Source: Truepera sp.
GTDB taxonomy: Bacteria > Deinococcota > Deinococci > Deinococcales > Trueperaceae
Direction: 5' to 3'
Assembly (NCBI GenBank): GCA_965218435.1
Contig: CBDCKW010000009.1
Coordinates: forward strand, 672,001 to 736,000
Length of the DNA stretch: 64,000 nucleotides
Shown here: positions 8,960 through 18,712 of the stretch, piece by piece
How positions within the stretch are numbered: the stretch's first letter is position 1
Layout of the letters: every line of letters begins with the position of its first letter
Notes under the pieces: generated by a model
Seen by the model: the letters and a program-made list of their open reading frames with translations, nothing else
Databases searched by the model: none
What the model was told of the DNA's origin: nothing
Made by a program: the position numbers and the translations under genes

Positions 8960-10093
8960 TTAACTGTTTAGCAACGCTCCGGGTAGATGCTCGACAAGAC
9001 TTGGCTCGAGCCCATACTGCCGCGCAACAACCTCAGCACGCCCGATGTCTTCATCACTCAGTTCATGCACACTTTGTTCGCGCAGCGTCCTGCCCGAAAG
9101 CTCCGTACCCGCTTGCGAATCATGCTCAAAAACAGCGAGTACGTCGTTAAGGTTGCTGACTGGAAGGTGGCACGCGGTTGCAACGGCTTGCAGAGTACCT
9201 TCAGGATGCTGAATCAGGTCGTTGTAGGTAAGCGAGTTGCGGATGACGCCGCGTCTATGTAAATCCAAAAACCGTTTGGTAACAGATGTCCAGTGCAGGG
9301 CGATGTCCTCGAGCCGTGTCTTAGGCGGCGTCGGGTCAGCACGCAGTAGCGAGATGTAACGGTCACGCGGGTAGTTAAACATCGTGGGGTTTGACTTGTT
9401 CCGCTGGTAACTCGCCTCTCGGCCTGGGTCGTGAATTTTCGATAATCGCCCCATCGAACGCGTCCAACCTGCGAAGTCACGCACCAGAAAAAGGGCGTGG
9501 GCATCTGGACATGCTTGATGCAACAGGTCTGCCATTTCAATACACTGGCTGCGAAACTTCAAGATCCAGGTATCTTGCTGAGGTATTTTACTGCAGCACA
9601 AAAAGCGTGTGGCGCTTCTGGCGAGTTCTGTCAGCTCTTGGTCGCGGGAGCCGTCAGGCGGGCGCATTCCTGCGATATGCGTGTACGCGTCCGGTTCTGA
9701 AAGCGTCGTAACGTTGCCGAGTTCTCCAAGTGCTTTGCAAAGCAGCGTTGAGCCGCACCGTCCGACGGAGTAAAGCAAAATCAAATGAGCGGGGCCGGGA
9801 AGGGCTCGAGCAAGTTCGTTAAAGGTCTCGTAAGGAACAGTAAATACGCGCTGTGCGTGTTCTTTTTGCGCAAGATAGTAGAACGGAGAGGTCGTCAAAT
9901 CAACTTCGGGTAGCGTTTCTACAAAAACTGCACGGCGCTCAATATCGTTAAAGGCGTACAGAGAAATGTGGGATGCGTTCAGCAGCACCTCAGCAGAAAC
10001 CGAAGCTACTTGGCGAAGCCTAAAGTGGTCGAGCCCCGCTAAGTAGCTCTTTCCTTTTTCTACCCCCTCAACCTCGTAGACCGCTGCGTCCAC
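8960..10093 (-). CDS. Sulfotransferase-family (P-loop) protein
   Basis: PAPS-binding-like SVGRCGSTLL, then LSEPD, ILK and FLVRD. Confidence 0.65.
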   Translation of the reverse strand: MDAAVYEVEGVEKGKSYLAGLDHFRLRQVASVSAEVLLNASHISLYAFNDIERRAVFVETLPEVDLTTSPFYYLAQKEHAQRVFTVPYETFNELARALPGPAHLILLYSVGRCGSTLLCKALGELGNVTTLSEPDAYTHIAGMRPPDGSRDQELTELARSATRFLCCSKIPQQDTWILKFRSQCIEMADLLHQACPDAHALFLVRDFAGWTRSMGRLSKIHDPGREASYQRNKSNPTMFNYPRDRYISLLRADPTPPKTRLEDIALHWTSVTKRFLDLHRRGVIRNSLTYNDLIQHPEGTLQAVATACHLPVSNLNDVLAVFEHDSQAGTELSGRTLREQSVHELSDEDIGRAEVVARQYGLEPSLVEHLPGALLNS

Positions 10094-10096
10094 GGC

Positions 10097-10285
10097 TTAA
10101 CGCTTGACCTTTTCCTTATCCTCCGGCACGTTCTTAAACTCAACGTCTACAGGCTCCTCGAGCCCCTTCTGATACTCCGTCTTCGATTGCCGAAACGCGT
10201 CCATCAGCCGCGCCATCCGTTTGCCGTTAAAAAGCAAAACGATAACAATCCCAATAAGTACAATTTCTCCAAACCCAAGCGTCAC
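10097..10285 (-). CDS. tatA: Twin-arginine translocase TatA/E subunit
   Basis: LGFGEIVLI..VLLFNGKR transmembrane helix, amphipathic helix and charged tail. AGGAGG RBS. Confidence 0.75.
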   Translation of the reverse strand: MTLGFGEIVLIGIVIVLLFNGKRMARLMDAFRQSKTEYQKGLEEPVDVEFKNVPEDKEKVKR

Positions 10286-10301
10286 GTGTGGCCTCCTAGT
10301 G

Positions 10302-10988
10302 TTAGCTCAGGCTACCACTTCGGCGGCTTGAAACCGGGTTGTCGCCCGTTAAACCTAAATGCTCTCTAAGCTCTGCGACTTGCGCTTTAAGCATTTCGAC
10401 TTCATGCCGGAGAGTCTCGAGCGTTCCTGTTTCAGCGGATGCTTCTGATGGCGCAGCCCCTTCTGCCGCTGGCCGCACCCTGGGTTTGAGCCGCTCCGGG
10501 TCGGGGCCGAGCAGGTGCGTCCAGCGCGTTTGACTCTGACCGGGCGCACGGCCCTCGTCACGGGCTAGGGGCGGTTTATAAGCGGCGAGGCGGCGGAGGC
10601 TGGCGTCTACGGCTGATACGTCGGGGAAGGTCGTATAACGTTCTGTGCGGCTCCGCAACTCTCCGGCAGTCTGCGGGCCGCGCAGCATCAACACAGCGAG
10701 GACGGCAAAATCTTGCGCGTTAAGGTCAAATGCTTCACTCAAACGGTGCTGATGTTTGACGACGCGTTCGGTCATGCCCTGCACAGAACCCACCAACCCC
10801 CGGTCGCGGAGGCCCTGTAAGGCCGTTTCAACGTCGCGTTGGCTGTAATCCGTCACCGGGGCGCGGCTGGTCTTTTGGTTGCACGCTAAAACGAGCGCGT
10901 TGACCGAGAGCGGGTAGTTTTCGGGAGTGGTACGCTCTTTTTCTAAAAGCGAACCTAAGATGCGAACGTCGATATCGGACAAACTCAC
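10302..10988 (-). CDS. YceH/DUF480 family protein
   Basis: RILGSLLEKERTTPENYPLS.NAL..ACNQK.SR.PV and LMLRGPQT.GELR.R motifs. Confidence 0.9.
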   Translation of the reverse strand: MSLSDIDVRILGSLLEKERTTPENYPLSVNALVLACNQKTSRAPVTDYSQRDVETALQGLRDRGLVGSVQGMTERVVKHQHRLSEAFDLNAQDFAVLAVLMLRGPQTAGELRSRTERYTTFPDVSAVDASLRRLAAYKPPLARDEGRAPGQSQTRWTHLLGPDPERLKPRVRPAAEGAAPSEASAETGTLETLRHEVEMLKAQVAELREHLGLTGDNPVSSRRSGSLS

Positions 10989-10997
10989 GCGGAGAGT

Positions 10998-12767
10998 TTA
11001 ACAGATTTGGGTGAGAGCTTGCCGGAGCCAGTGGCAGGCGTCAGCCCAGGTTTGAATATCTGGCGGGTCAGGAAAGATGCAGAGGTCGGTCAAAAGGGTT
11101 TTGGCAGCAAGGGTGAGTGCTGCGCGTTCCGGCTCGGTCAGGGGTGCGTCCAAAGTAAGCTCGAGCCTCCCCGCCTTCGTACTCCCCGGTTCGATGCCCC
11201 CGGCGACGACTAGGAGTTGGGCAGCGATAAAGCCCGGATGTTCGGGCGGAACGTCAACCGTCCAGGCTAGCGGAATACCGTTTTGAAGCAGCGTGAGCTG
11301 AAACTGGCGTAAATGACGGCGGGTTTGAAAGGTCTCGAGGGGCGTACATTCTTTTGCCAAACAGGACGCTGCGAGCGCCCCCGCCGCCTCGCCGACGGCC
11401 CATTCGACCGGGTGTAGCCGGTACGCGCCGTTCGTTAGGTGCGTCGTGCCGAGCGTTTTACCTGCGGCTAGCAAGTTACTCGGATAAAGGGGCAGAAGGC
11501 TGCCGAGTGGAATCTGAAAAGGCCGCGTCGGTTCAAACAGCGCCATGTCCGGGTTGCCGATACAGCGGTGCAGATCAATGGGATACCAGCCGACGCCGAC
11601 CGCATCGTCAAATGGGGCTGCTCTTGCGCCTGACTGACACGCTGCGCTGATGTCCTGCTCTACAATGCGCCGGTGTGCCCGAATACGCCGTCCCTCACGG
11701 ATGTAGGGCGCTTTGCTGAGGCCGCCTGGGGTGTCCATCACGTCAGGGCGCAGTTTGAGTTCGGGGTAGCCCGCACCGTCGTCACCCCTAGGCACTTCGG
11801 TCTGGAGCCAGTAGAGAAAGCCTAGAGCCTGCGCTTTAGCTTCGGTATGTGCCAGCGGGTCGAAGGCGCTACGCCAAAAGTAGTCGTTGCTTGCCCAATT
11901 GATCAGCGCAACGTCGTGCGGCACGTTCAGCAAACTGGCGTCGAGCAGGCGGCGGTAGCTCCAAAAGGGGAGAGCGCCGTCGTCGCCGGGTTCAAACATC
12001 CGAAAGCGTCGCCCGGTTTTACCGTTACCGTTGTCCAACGTCAGCGTATAGAGTCCGGCGTCGCGGAAACGCTCGTAGTCTCCCGGTTTAGGGATAACGT
12101 GCGATTCGCTGGGGCAATACTCGACAGCAAAGCCGTAAGTCATCGCCTGCATTTCGTTCGGGTTAGCCGCTGAGGGCGCGTGGGGTTCGCCGGTGTCGGT
12201 CTGCGCTTCTGCGCCGGTCACAAACGGTGCGCTGCAGAGGGGTAACAGGTCGCCTAAATCGGTGGCGTCGAGAAAATAAGCGGCGGTGACCTCGAGCCCC
12301 GCCCCCTCACGTTGTAGCGTTATTCGCTCAACCCATCCGTCTTTGACTTCAGCCGCAATTGGGGTGTGCTCATACAACACGGTAAGCTGTCCTGACGCCA
12401 AATAAGGCTCGAGCATCTCTCCAATGACTGCGACGCCTACCCTGGGCTCAAAACAGAGGCGGCTGACCCAGCCGTTGCCGGGGTTGAGCGGCAGACCGTC
12501 CGGCATCGTCTGGGGCGTACCGTAAGGCTCGCAGTAGTGCCGCCGCACCCGCGCCCGCAGCGCGTTGTAACGGACGGTGCCGCCGAACCGCTCGATCAGC
12601 GGATGCTCATCGGGGGCGCTGACGCCTTGACTGGTGAGCTGTCCGCCGAGCCAATCGGTCTCTTCACTCAGCACCACGCGTGCGCCGCCCGAAAGCGCAG
12701 CGAGGGCCGCTGCAACGCCGCCCAAGCCGCCGCCGATGATGGCAACGTCGGTCTCTAAGCAGGTTAT
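10998..12767 (-). CDS. FAD-dependent oxidoreductase (FAD_oxidored type); start codon appears to be ATA
   Basis: DVAIIGGGLGG Rossmann motif, WLGGQLTSQGV, DATDLGD, PYIREGRR and YRLHPVEW. No ATG/GTG/TTG precedes the GxGxxG strand in frame. Confidence 0.8.
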   Translation of the reverse strand: MTCLETDVAIIGGGLGGVAAALAALSGGARVVLSEETDWLGGQLTSQGVSAPDEHPLIERFGGTVRYNALRARVRRHYCEPYGTPQTMPDGLPLNPGNGWVSRLCFEPRVGVAVIGEMLEPYLASGQLTVLYEHTPIAAEVKDGWVERITLQREGAGLEVTAAYFLDATDLGDLLPLCSAPFVTGAEAQTDTGEPHAPSAANPNEMQAMTYGFAVEYCPSESHVIPKPGDYERFRDAGLYTLTLDNGNGKTGRRFRMFEPGDDGALPFWSYRRLLDASLLNVPHDVALINWASNDYFWRSAFDPLAHTEAKAQALGFLYWLQTEVPRGDDGAGYPELKLRPDVMDTPGGLSKAPYIREGRRIRAHRRIVEQDISAACQSGARAAPFDDAVGVGWYPIDLHRCIGNPDMALFEPTRPFQIPLGSLLPLYPSNLLAAGKTLGTTHLTNGAYRLHPVEWAVGEAAGALAASCLAKECTPLETFQTRRHLRQFQLTLLQNGIPLAWTVDVPPEHPGFIAAQLLVVAGGIEPGSTKAGRLELTLDAPLTEPERAALTLAAKTLLTDLCIFPDPPDIQTWADACHWLRQALTQIC

Positions 12768-14254
12768 ACGACCTTAAAGGGAAAGCGTCCGGTAAAGAGC
12801 CTCGGCCACGGCAAGGTAGGCGGGTGCCACTCGAGCCCGTACCCCGTTCCCGCATAATGCGCGTCCCACAAGGCCCTAGCACGGGGCTCGAGTAACATGT
12901 TTAACAACACTTCAGCTTCAGCGTGCTGCTCGTCCAAATCAAAGGGGCTTGGATTGCCCAGTAGCTCATAAAGCTCAGCACGCACCGCACCCTGATAGAG
13001 CGCGTCGTCTACCAAGCGGTTGAAACGCAGCTTGGTCCAGCGGGCGTGGTCTTTGACCTTGGCGGCTGCAACCCCCAGAGCGATAGCACTCCCGAGGGTA
13101 TTGCCCGCCGTATTCCAGGCGCTAAAGCCCGCGAGGTGCTCGAGCGGCAAAGCTTGCAACATCTTAAAAAACCGCGCTTCGGCCCCGTTCGGATAGGCGA
13201 TGTCGGCGACTGCAACACGCTTTTCTGCCGCCAACACGCGCCCGATAAAGTCTACAAATTCAGGCAGATGCCGGTCGGCGGTGTCCACAGTCTCAAAGTT
13301 GGGTGCGGGCTCGCTCTGGCTTCGGCCCGGTGTGTTGACCGCCAGGATAAAGGCTGCGTCGGCGGGCGTTTCCACACCGTAGCAGTTGGCGGCGCGGAGC
13401 TGCGCTTTGATGAGTTCACCGGCTGGCCGGTCTTCGTACTTGAGCCCCGCCGCCGCGCCGAGCGCGCCGGAGTAGCGGACAAAAACAGGGGTCGGTTCAG
13501 GACTGATGACGCGGGCCAGCAAGGTAACGGGAACTTCGTCAGCGCCGGGATAGATGTCTACGTTGGGCCAGAGCTCGAGGGCGTCGGTACGAGCTTCCAA
13601 CGCCCGCCGGTTTACCGCGGCCAGACCGTAAGGGCTCGTGTCGTCGAGGGTTAAGCAGAGGTGGTTGACAACGCCTGCGTGGGTGAGGTCCAAAGCGCGT
13701 AAGTGTAGGGCATGATTGCGTTCGCGTGTTGCCAGCCAATCTCTCAGAATATCCGGGGGAACAGCTTCTATAGCCCTCTCGAGTTTTATCTTTAGTCCAG
13801 TGTCAGGACGGCGTGCGTGGCGGTCAAACGCCTCACTGTAACGGCGGAGGTCGGGGCCGTAACGCCCGTAGTAGGGTTTTTCCTCAACCGGATCGTCACC
13901 GTGAGCGATGCGGACGATGACCCCGTGCGCCAAAATGGTGAGTGCCGGAAACCGGGTTTTGAGGCGGGGGAGAAGCTCGAGCCTCGCCGAAGCAGCTTCA
14001 AGCGAATCGTCTACTCGCCGCGCCGGGATCATCCCGCCCAGTGTGAGGGTCTCGAGGCATACGATGAGCATATCGGCGTGTTCGGCGGCGCTTTTCAACC
14101 ACTCGGCGAGAACAGTCAAGTTGCTGGGTTGATTGAGGTAGGGGAGTGCCTCGGCGGGGGGGACAGCCACATCCAGCCCGACGGCCTGTGCCAGGGCAAC
14201 CGGGAAATCAAGCGTCGGTGGCCGGGTGTCGGGCGGGACGAGGAGCAGTTTCAT
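12764..14254 (-). CDS. DUF4127-family protein
   Basis: LLLVPPDTRP, LTLDDTSPYG, YPGADE, VADIAYPNGA and FSAWNTAGNTLG motifs. Confidence 0.8.
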   Translation of the reverse strand: MKLLLVPPDTRPPTLDFPVALAQAVGLDVAVPPAEALPYLNQPSNLTVLAEWLKSAAEHADMLIVCLETLTLGGMIPARRVDDSLEAASARLELLPRLKTRFPALTILAHGVIVRIAHGDDPVEEKPYYGRYGPDLRRYSEAFDRHARRPDTGLKIKLERAIEAVPPDILRDWLATRERNHALHLRALDLTHAGVVNHLCLTLDDTSPYGLAAVNRRALEARTDALELWPNVDIYPGADEVPVTLLARVISPEPTPVFVRYSGALGAAAGLKYEDRPAGELIKAQLRAANCYGVETPADAAFILAVNTPGRSQSEPAPNFETVDTADRHLPEFVDFIGRVLAAEKRVAVADIAYPNGAEARFFKMLQALPLEHLAGFSAWNTAGNTLGSAIALGVAAAKVKDHARWTKLRFNRLVDDALYQGAVRAELYELLGNPSPFDLDEQHAEAEVLLNMLLEPRARALWDAHYAGTGYGLEWHPPTLPWPRLFTGRFPFKVV

Positions 14255-14255
14255 G

Positions 14256-15086
14256 TTACAGATTACGGTCGGTGACGGCCCTAGCGGTCGCTGCCACTGC
14301 GTCTTGGGCTCCTGGCAAGCGGCCTAACAGCTCGGCAAACAGGGCGTCTAGAATCAGTAGCTGACCCATCTTGCTGACAATCGAGCCGCCGGTCAGCGGC
14401 GACTCGTTGCTTGCGGTATAGAGAACGAGGTCGGCCACCACCGTCGCTGGACTTTTAACCCGTTCGGTAACGAGGAGCGTTGTGACGCCGCAGGTGCGGG
14501 CCAGCTCGAGCACCTTCACGGTATCTAACGTCGAGCCGGAGCGGGTCAGCGCGATCAGGACGGACTCCAGCGGCAGCGTCGCGGTTGCCATCGCCGCGAG
14601 GTGGGCGTCTAAGTAGACGCTGACGGTGTAACCCAGCCGCACGAATTTGTAGGCGTAATCTTGGGCGCTCACGCCCGACGCTCCAGCCCCGTAAATGAGG
14701 AGTGTCCGCACCGCGCTCAGCGCGGCTAACGCAGGCCCGAGTGTCCCGGCGAGCATCGCTGAGGTTTCAGTGATGGCCCGCAGTGCACCTTCGGTCACGT
14801 GCTCGAGCGCCCCTGCGCCCGGATGCACCTCCGAAGCGCGGGCAAGGTCGGCGGCGAGCACCAGCTTAAAGTCTTGAAAGCCCTTAAACCCCAGGTCGCG
14901 GCAGAGCCGGATCACACTCGCTTCACCCACCTCCGCGAGGTCGGCGAGTTCGGTGACCGACTGGTAAATCACCTCTTGCGGCGACGCCAAGACAACCTCG
15001 GCCAGCCGCCGGAGCGCCGGGGTCAGATGCGGCTGCTCGGCGCGGAGACGTGAGAGCGCCCCCGCCCCTTGCAAACTAACGGCCAT
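14256..15086 (-). CDS. MurR/RpiR-family transcriptional regulator
   Basis: HTH (SVTELA..A.VGEASVIRLCRDLGFKGFQDFK) plus SIS domain (YGAGASG, TRSGST). Confidence 0.92.
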   Translation of the reverse strand: MAVSLQGAGALSRLRAEQPHLTPALRRLAEVVLASPQEVIYQSVTELADLAEVGEASVIRLCRDLGFKGFQDFKLVLAADLARASEVHPGAGALEHVTEGALRAITETSAMLAGTLGPALAALSAVRTLLIYGAGASGVSAQDYAYKFVRLGYTVSVYLDAHLAAMATATLPLESVLIALTRSGSTLDTVKVLELARTCGVTTLLVTERVKSPATVVADLVLYTASNESPLTGGSIVSKMGQLLILDALFAELLGRLPGAQDAVAATARAVTDRNL

Positions 15087-15102
15087 CGCTAAGTACCCAT
15101 TA

Positions 15103-15771
15103 CTAAGCGTCACGGAGCGCCGCAGCAAACCGGGCGGTCAGCACTTCAGGCCGGGTGATCGCGCCGCCAACCACCACCGCGTGTGCGCCGCGCCGGAGCG
15201 CCTCGGCCGCTTCTGCCGGGGTACGGAGTCGGCCTTCGACGAGGGGGCGGATACCCTGGGCGGCGAGGGCTGAAATCAGCTCGAAATCTGGGCCGTCTTG
15301 CTGGGGGCTCGAGTCCGTATACCCGGAAAGCGTCGTGCTCACGAGGTCGGCCCCGGCTGAAAGGGCGTGCAGCGCGTCGTCTACGGTGGCGACGTCAGCC
15401 AGGGCGACGAGGCCGTGCGCGTGAACCTCGGCGATGAGTTCGGCAACACTTGTAGGCCGCTCACGTGAGGTCGCGTCGAAGGCTATGATGTCCGCGCCAG
15501 CTTCAGCAATGGCGGCCACGTCACGAGGTTCCGGGGTGATATAGACGTGCTCAAAGACGCCGCGCCGCTTGGTCAGGCCGATGATGGGCAGTTCAGTTAC
15601 GAGCCTTACGGCGCGGATGTTGGCGGTGCCCTCGAGCCTCAGCCCCGCCGCGCCTCCTTGAAGGGCCGCTACCGCAAACGCCCGGATAAACTCAGGCGCG
15701 TCAAACGGGCTGGTTTCGTCTGCCTGGCACGAGACGATGAGACCTCCTGCAGGGATTTTGCCTCTACTCAT
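15103..15771 (-). CDS. nanE: N-acetylmannosamine-6-phosphate 2-epimerase
   Basis: GLIVSCQA, PIIGLTK, VYITP, STTLSGYT and VVVGGAITRP. Confidence 0.93.
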   Translation of the reverse strand: MSRGKIPAGGLIVSCQADETSPFDAPEFIRAFAVAALQGGAAGLRLEGTANIRAVRLVTELPIIGLTKRRGVFEHVYITPEPRDVAAIAEAGADIIAFDATSRERPTSVAELIAEVHAHGLVALADVATVDDALHALSAGADLVSTTLSGYTDSSPQQDGPDFELISALAAQGIRPLVEGRLRTPAEAAEALRRGAHAVVVGGAITRPEVLTARFAAALRDA

Positions 15772-16498
15772 CCTTTCACCGACCCGGCCAGACCTTCGAC
15801 AAAGTAGCGTTGCAAGATCAAAAAGATCAAGATCAAGATCACCGGAATCATCGAAATCACGGTTGCCGCCGCAATGTTGCCGAAGTCGAGCGCCAGCTCG
15901 CCGACTGTCAGGCGGGCAATCGCCACCAAGAGCGGAAACTTGTTCGGGTCACTTAAGATAATGAGCGGCCACTGATAGAGGTTCCACATCGCCACGAACT
16001 GCAAGATCGTTACGGTGAGTAAGGCGGGTCGGACGAGCGGCAGCATGATGCGCCACCAGATCACCCACTCGTTCGCCCCGTCAATCCGCCCGGCGTCCTC
16101 TAACTCGCGCGGGATTGAAATAAACGCCTGCCGCAACAAAAACACGTTAAAGACTGTGATCGCGTTCGGCAAGATGACCCCGATGACGGTATCGGCTAGA
16201 CCGAGCCGCACGGTGGTCAGATAGTTGACGACAATGGTGAGCGTTTCAGGCAAGACGAGCGTGGCGATAATCAGAAAAAACACGATATCGCGGCCCGGAA
16301 ACCGGATGCGGGCGAGCGCGTACCCTGAAGTCGAAGACATTGCCAGGTTAGCGAACACGCCCCAAAAGGTAATCAGCAAGGTGTTCCACAAGTACCGGGG
16401 CATATTTTGCGCCGTCCACACGTCAACGTACGAGTCAAAGCTAACCGGGTTGGGGAGGAGCGTCGGCGGAGACGACAAGATATTTTGCCCACTTTTTA
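15768..16498 (-). pseudogene. Carbohydrate ABC permease (MalG-like), N-terminally truncated
   Basis: Homology begins at LKSGQNILSSPPTLLP, so the first TM helix and a proper start are missing. EAA loop ELEDAGRIDGA and WNLYQWPL are present. Confidence 0.75.
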
Positions 16499-17641
16499 AC
16501 CGAGCATCGCAGCGGCAAACTGCTCGCGGATCAGGTCACGGAGGTCTTCACGGACATGATTGTCAAAGCCGCGGTCAATAGATTTGGACTGAATACAGCG
16601 TGCTTGACCCTCTAAAGACTCCTGATCGCTACAAAAGAAGGGGTCGGCGGCCGCCTCTTTGGTCGAGGGAAAGATCGAGACGAGTTTGGCGAACGCCAGC
16701 TGATTGGCGTCGTTGGTCATAAAGTTAGCGAGTTCGATAGCCAGGTCAACGTTGTCGCTCGCGGCAGGGACGACCATATTTTGAATTGCGTTGGGGATGA
16801 TGCCCGTGGCGGTCTGCGGGTAGGGCGCGATGCCCAAATTCGCATAAACGTCGGGGCCATCCGACTCGACGGTGCGGATAAACTGTGGCCCGGTTACGAG
16901 CATCGCGGACTGTCCACCAGCGAAGTTGCGAATCGCCGCTTCGTAATCGAATGAGGCTGCCTCACGGCTCACCGCGCGGCTTTCCACGGCGTCCACGTAA
17001 ACTTGCAGGGCGGCGACCCCTTCGGGCGTGTTAAAGGCGGGCGCGGTGCCGTCTTCGTTTAAGATACTGACGCCGTTTTGGACGAGCCAATCTTCGGGAA
17101 AGGGCAGCGGCGCGATGCCTTCTAACAAGGTCGCTTCGCGGATGGTGCGGGCGTCGTCAATGGCTTCAGTGTAGATCGCCGGGGGCGCACTTGGGTCAAG
17201 CTTAGCTTGTTCAAACAACGCTTTGTTATACATCAGTACGGTCGGCGCTTGATACCACGGGAACGCGTAGACGTTGCCGCCGACGCTGCTCGACTCGAGC
17301 AGATTGTCAAAGTAGATGCTGAGCTGCTCACTTGAAGCTTGCTCGCTCAAGTTTACCAGCGCACCCTGCGCCTGCGCTTGCAACATCCGGGAGGTGTTTA
17401 AGTTCACCACGTCGGGCGCGGTGCCAGCGGCAATCGAGGCAAAAAAACGGTCGGGGAAACCGCCGTCGGGCAGGTCAATCCAGTTGACCGTGACGCCGTC
17501 GTGCTCGGCTTCAAAGTCGGCGATGACGCCGTTGATGTAATCGTCAAAGGTCGGGGACAACGCGAGGGTCCACATCTCGAGGGTTTGTGCTGAGGCTAAC
17601 CCTGCGCTCAGCAGCGCCAAAACCAGCAGTATACGTTTTAT
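16496..17641 (-). pseudogene. Sugar ABC substrate-binding protein, C-terminally truncated, with ATA in start position
   Basis: AGGAGG-cgt-ATA-KRILLVLALLSAGLASAQ signal peptide. APDVVNLN, FPWY and LMYNKALF motifs. Ends abruptly at AAAMLG* where permease sequence begins. Confidence 0.75.
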
Positions 17642-17727
17642 ACGCCTCCTAAACGGCCCTGACGACGTTCCGGCTCCGGTTTTAACAACTGCCTGCGAAC
17701 GCTTATCTTTATTCAAGCCGTAAGGTA

Positions 17728-17757
17728 AGTATTCACGTGGAGTTTTACATTTGTCAA
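17728..17757 (-). promoter_or_regulatory. Putative sigma70 promoter of the amino-sugar operon
   Basis: TTGACA-N18-AATACT on the minus strand, about 90 nt upstream of the SBP start. Confidence 0.45.
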
Positions 17758-17800
17758 GTCCCGCACTTTTAGAGTTTTTCTCCAAATAGTAAGCTGGGTT

Positions 17801-18712
17801 ATGAACAGCTATGCAGGACTAGGTATTGACGCGGGGGGCTCGAGCAGCCGTTGGCTCCTCTTTATAGCTGACGGCACCGTCTTGGCACAGGGTCAGACCG
17901 GCCCGCTGACTGGGCATATCTTTAGCGAAAACGACCCGCAGCTGGAACGGTTTGTTGGCATACTAGAGGCGGCTCGAGCGGTCCGTCCGCCGAACGCGCT
18001 CGTCGCCGGGATTACGGGGCTTCATCCGGGAACAGTTGCCCTTGACCTGTTTGCCCAGGCTGTGATGAAGGTGTTGGGCTTGAGTCCCAAGCGCACCGTT
18101 CTAGCCGATGACATGCACGTCGCGTTTAGGAGTGCGTTTAGACCGGGTGAAGGGATTCTCGTCTACGCCGGAACGGGCAGCGTCGCGTATCACGAGACGG
18201 TTACAGGTGAGGTCGTCAGGGCCGGGGGTTACGGCTATCTGGTTGACGACGCTGGGGCCGGGTTCTGGATCGGTCAGCAAGGACTCAGGGTGCTTTTTCG
18301 CCAAGTTGATGCAACCGGAAGGCCGTCCGAAACGCCGTTAGCTGGGGCGTTCTACGCGCGACTCGGTAGTCGTGACTGGTCCCAGATCATGCCGGTTATC
18401 TACGCGGGCGGGCGTGAGTTCGTGGCGTCGCTCGCCCCGGCGGTAGGGGAGGCCGAACGCGCCGGGGACGAGGTAGCGCGAGCGATTTTAGAAGGAGCGG
18501 GCGCTGAGTTGGCGCGACTTGTTACGGCCGTACAGGGGCGTTTGCCTGCGCCGTTACCGGTGGCGTTCGCGGGTGGGATTACGCGCCTTAGTAGGGTGGT
18601 TAAAGAGGGGCTCGAGACCAACCTCAACACCTCGGTCCGGCTGGTCCAGGCTGAACCGGTCGCAGCGGCGGCGCAGCTGGCACTTGACTTGGCTAAGGCT
18701 CCACATGCGTAA
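17801..18712 (+). CDS. BadF/BadG/BcrA/BcrD-family N-acetylglucosamine/sugar kinase
   Basis: GIDAGGSSS, YAGTGS, RAGGYGYLVDDAGAGFWIG. Divergent from the nanE operon. Confidence 0.88.
   Translation: MNSYAGLGIDAGGSSSRWLLFIADGTVLAQGQTGPLTGHIFSENDPQLERFVGILEAARAVRPPNALVAGITGLHPGTVALDLFAQAVMKVLGLSPKRTVLADDMHVAFRSAFRPGEGILVYAGTGSVAYHETVTGEVVRAGGYGYLVDDAGAGFWIGQQGLRVLFRQVDATGRPSETPLAGAFYARLGSRDWSQIMPVIYAGGREFVASLAPAVGEAERAGDEVARAILEGAGAELARLVTAVQGRLPAPLPVAFAGGITRLSRVVKEGLETNLNTSVRLVQAEPVAAAAQLALDLAKAPHA

Noticed and set aside
15814..15840. Short AAGATC tandem repeat in the sugar permease
   Set aside because: It encodes an in-frame hydrophobic ILILIFLIL segment, with no evidence of phase variation.
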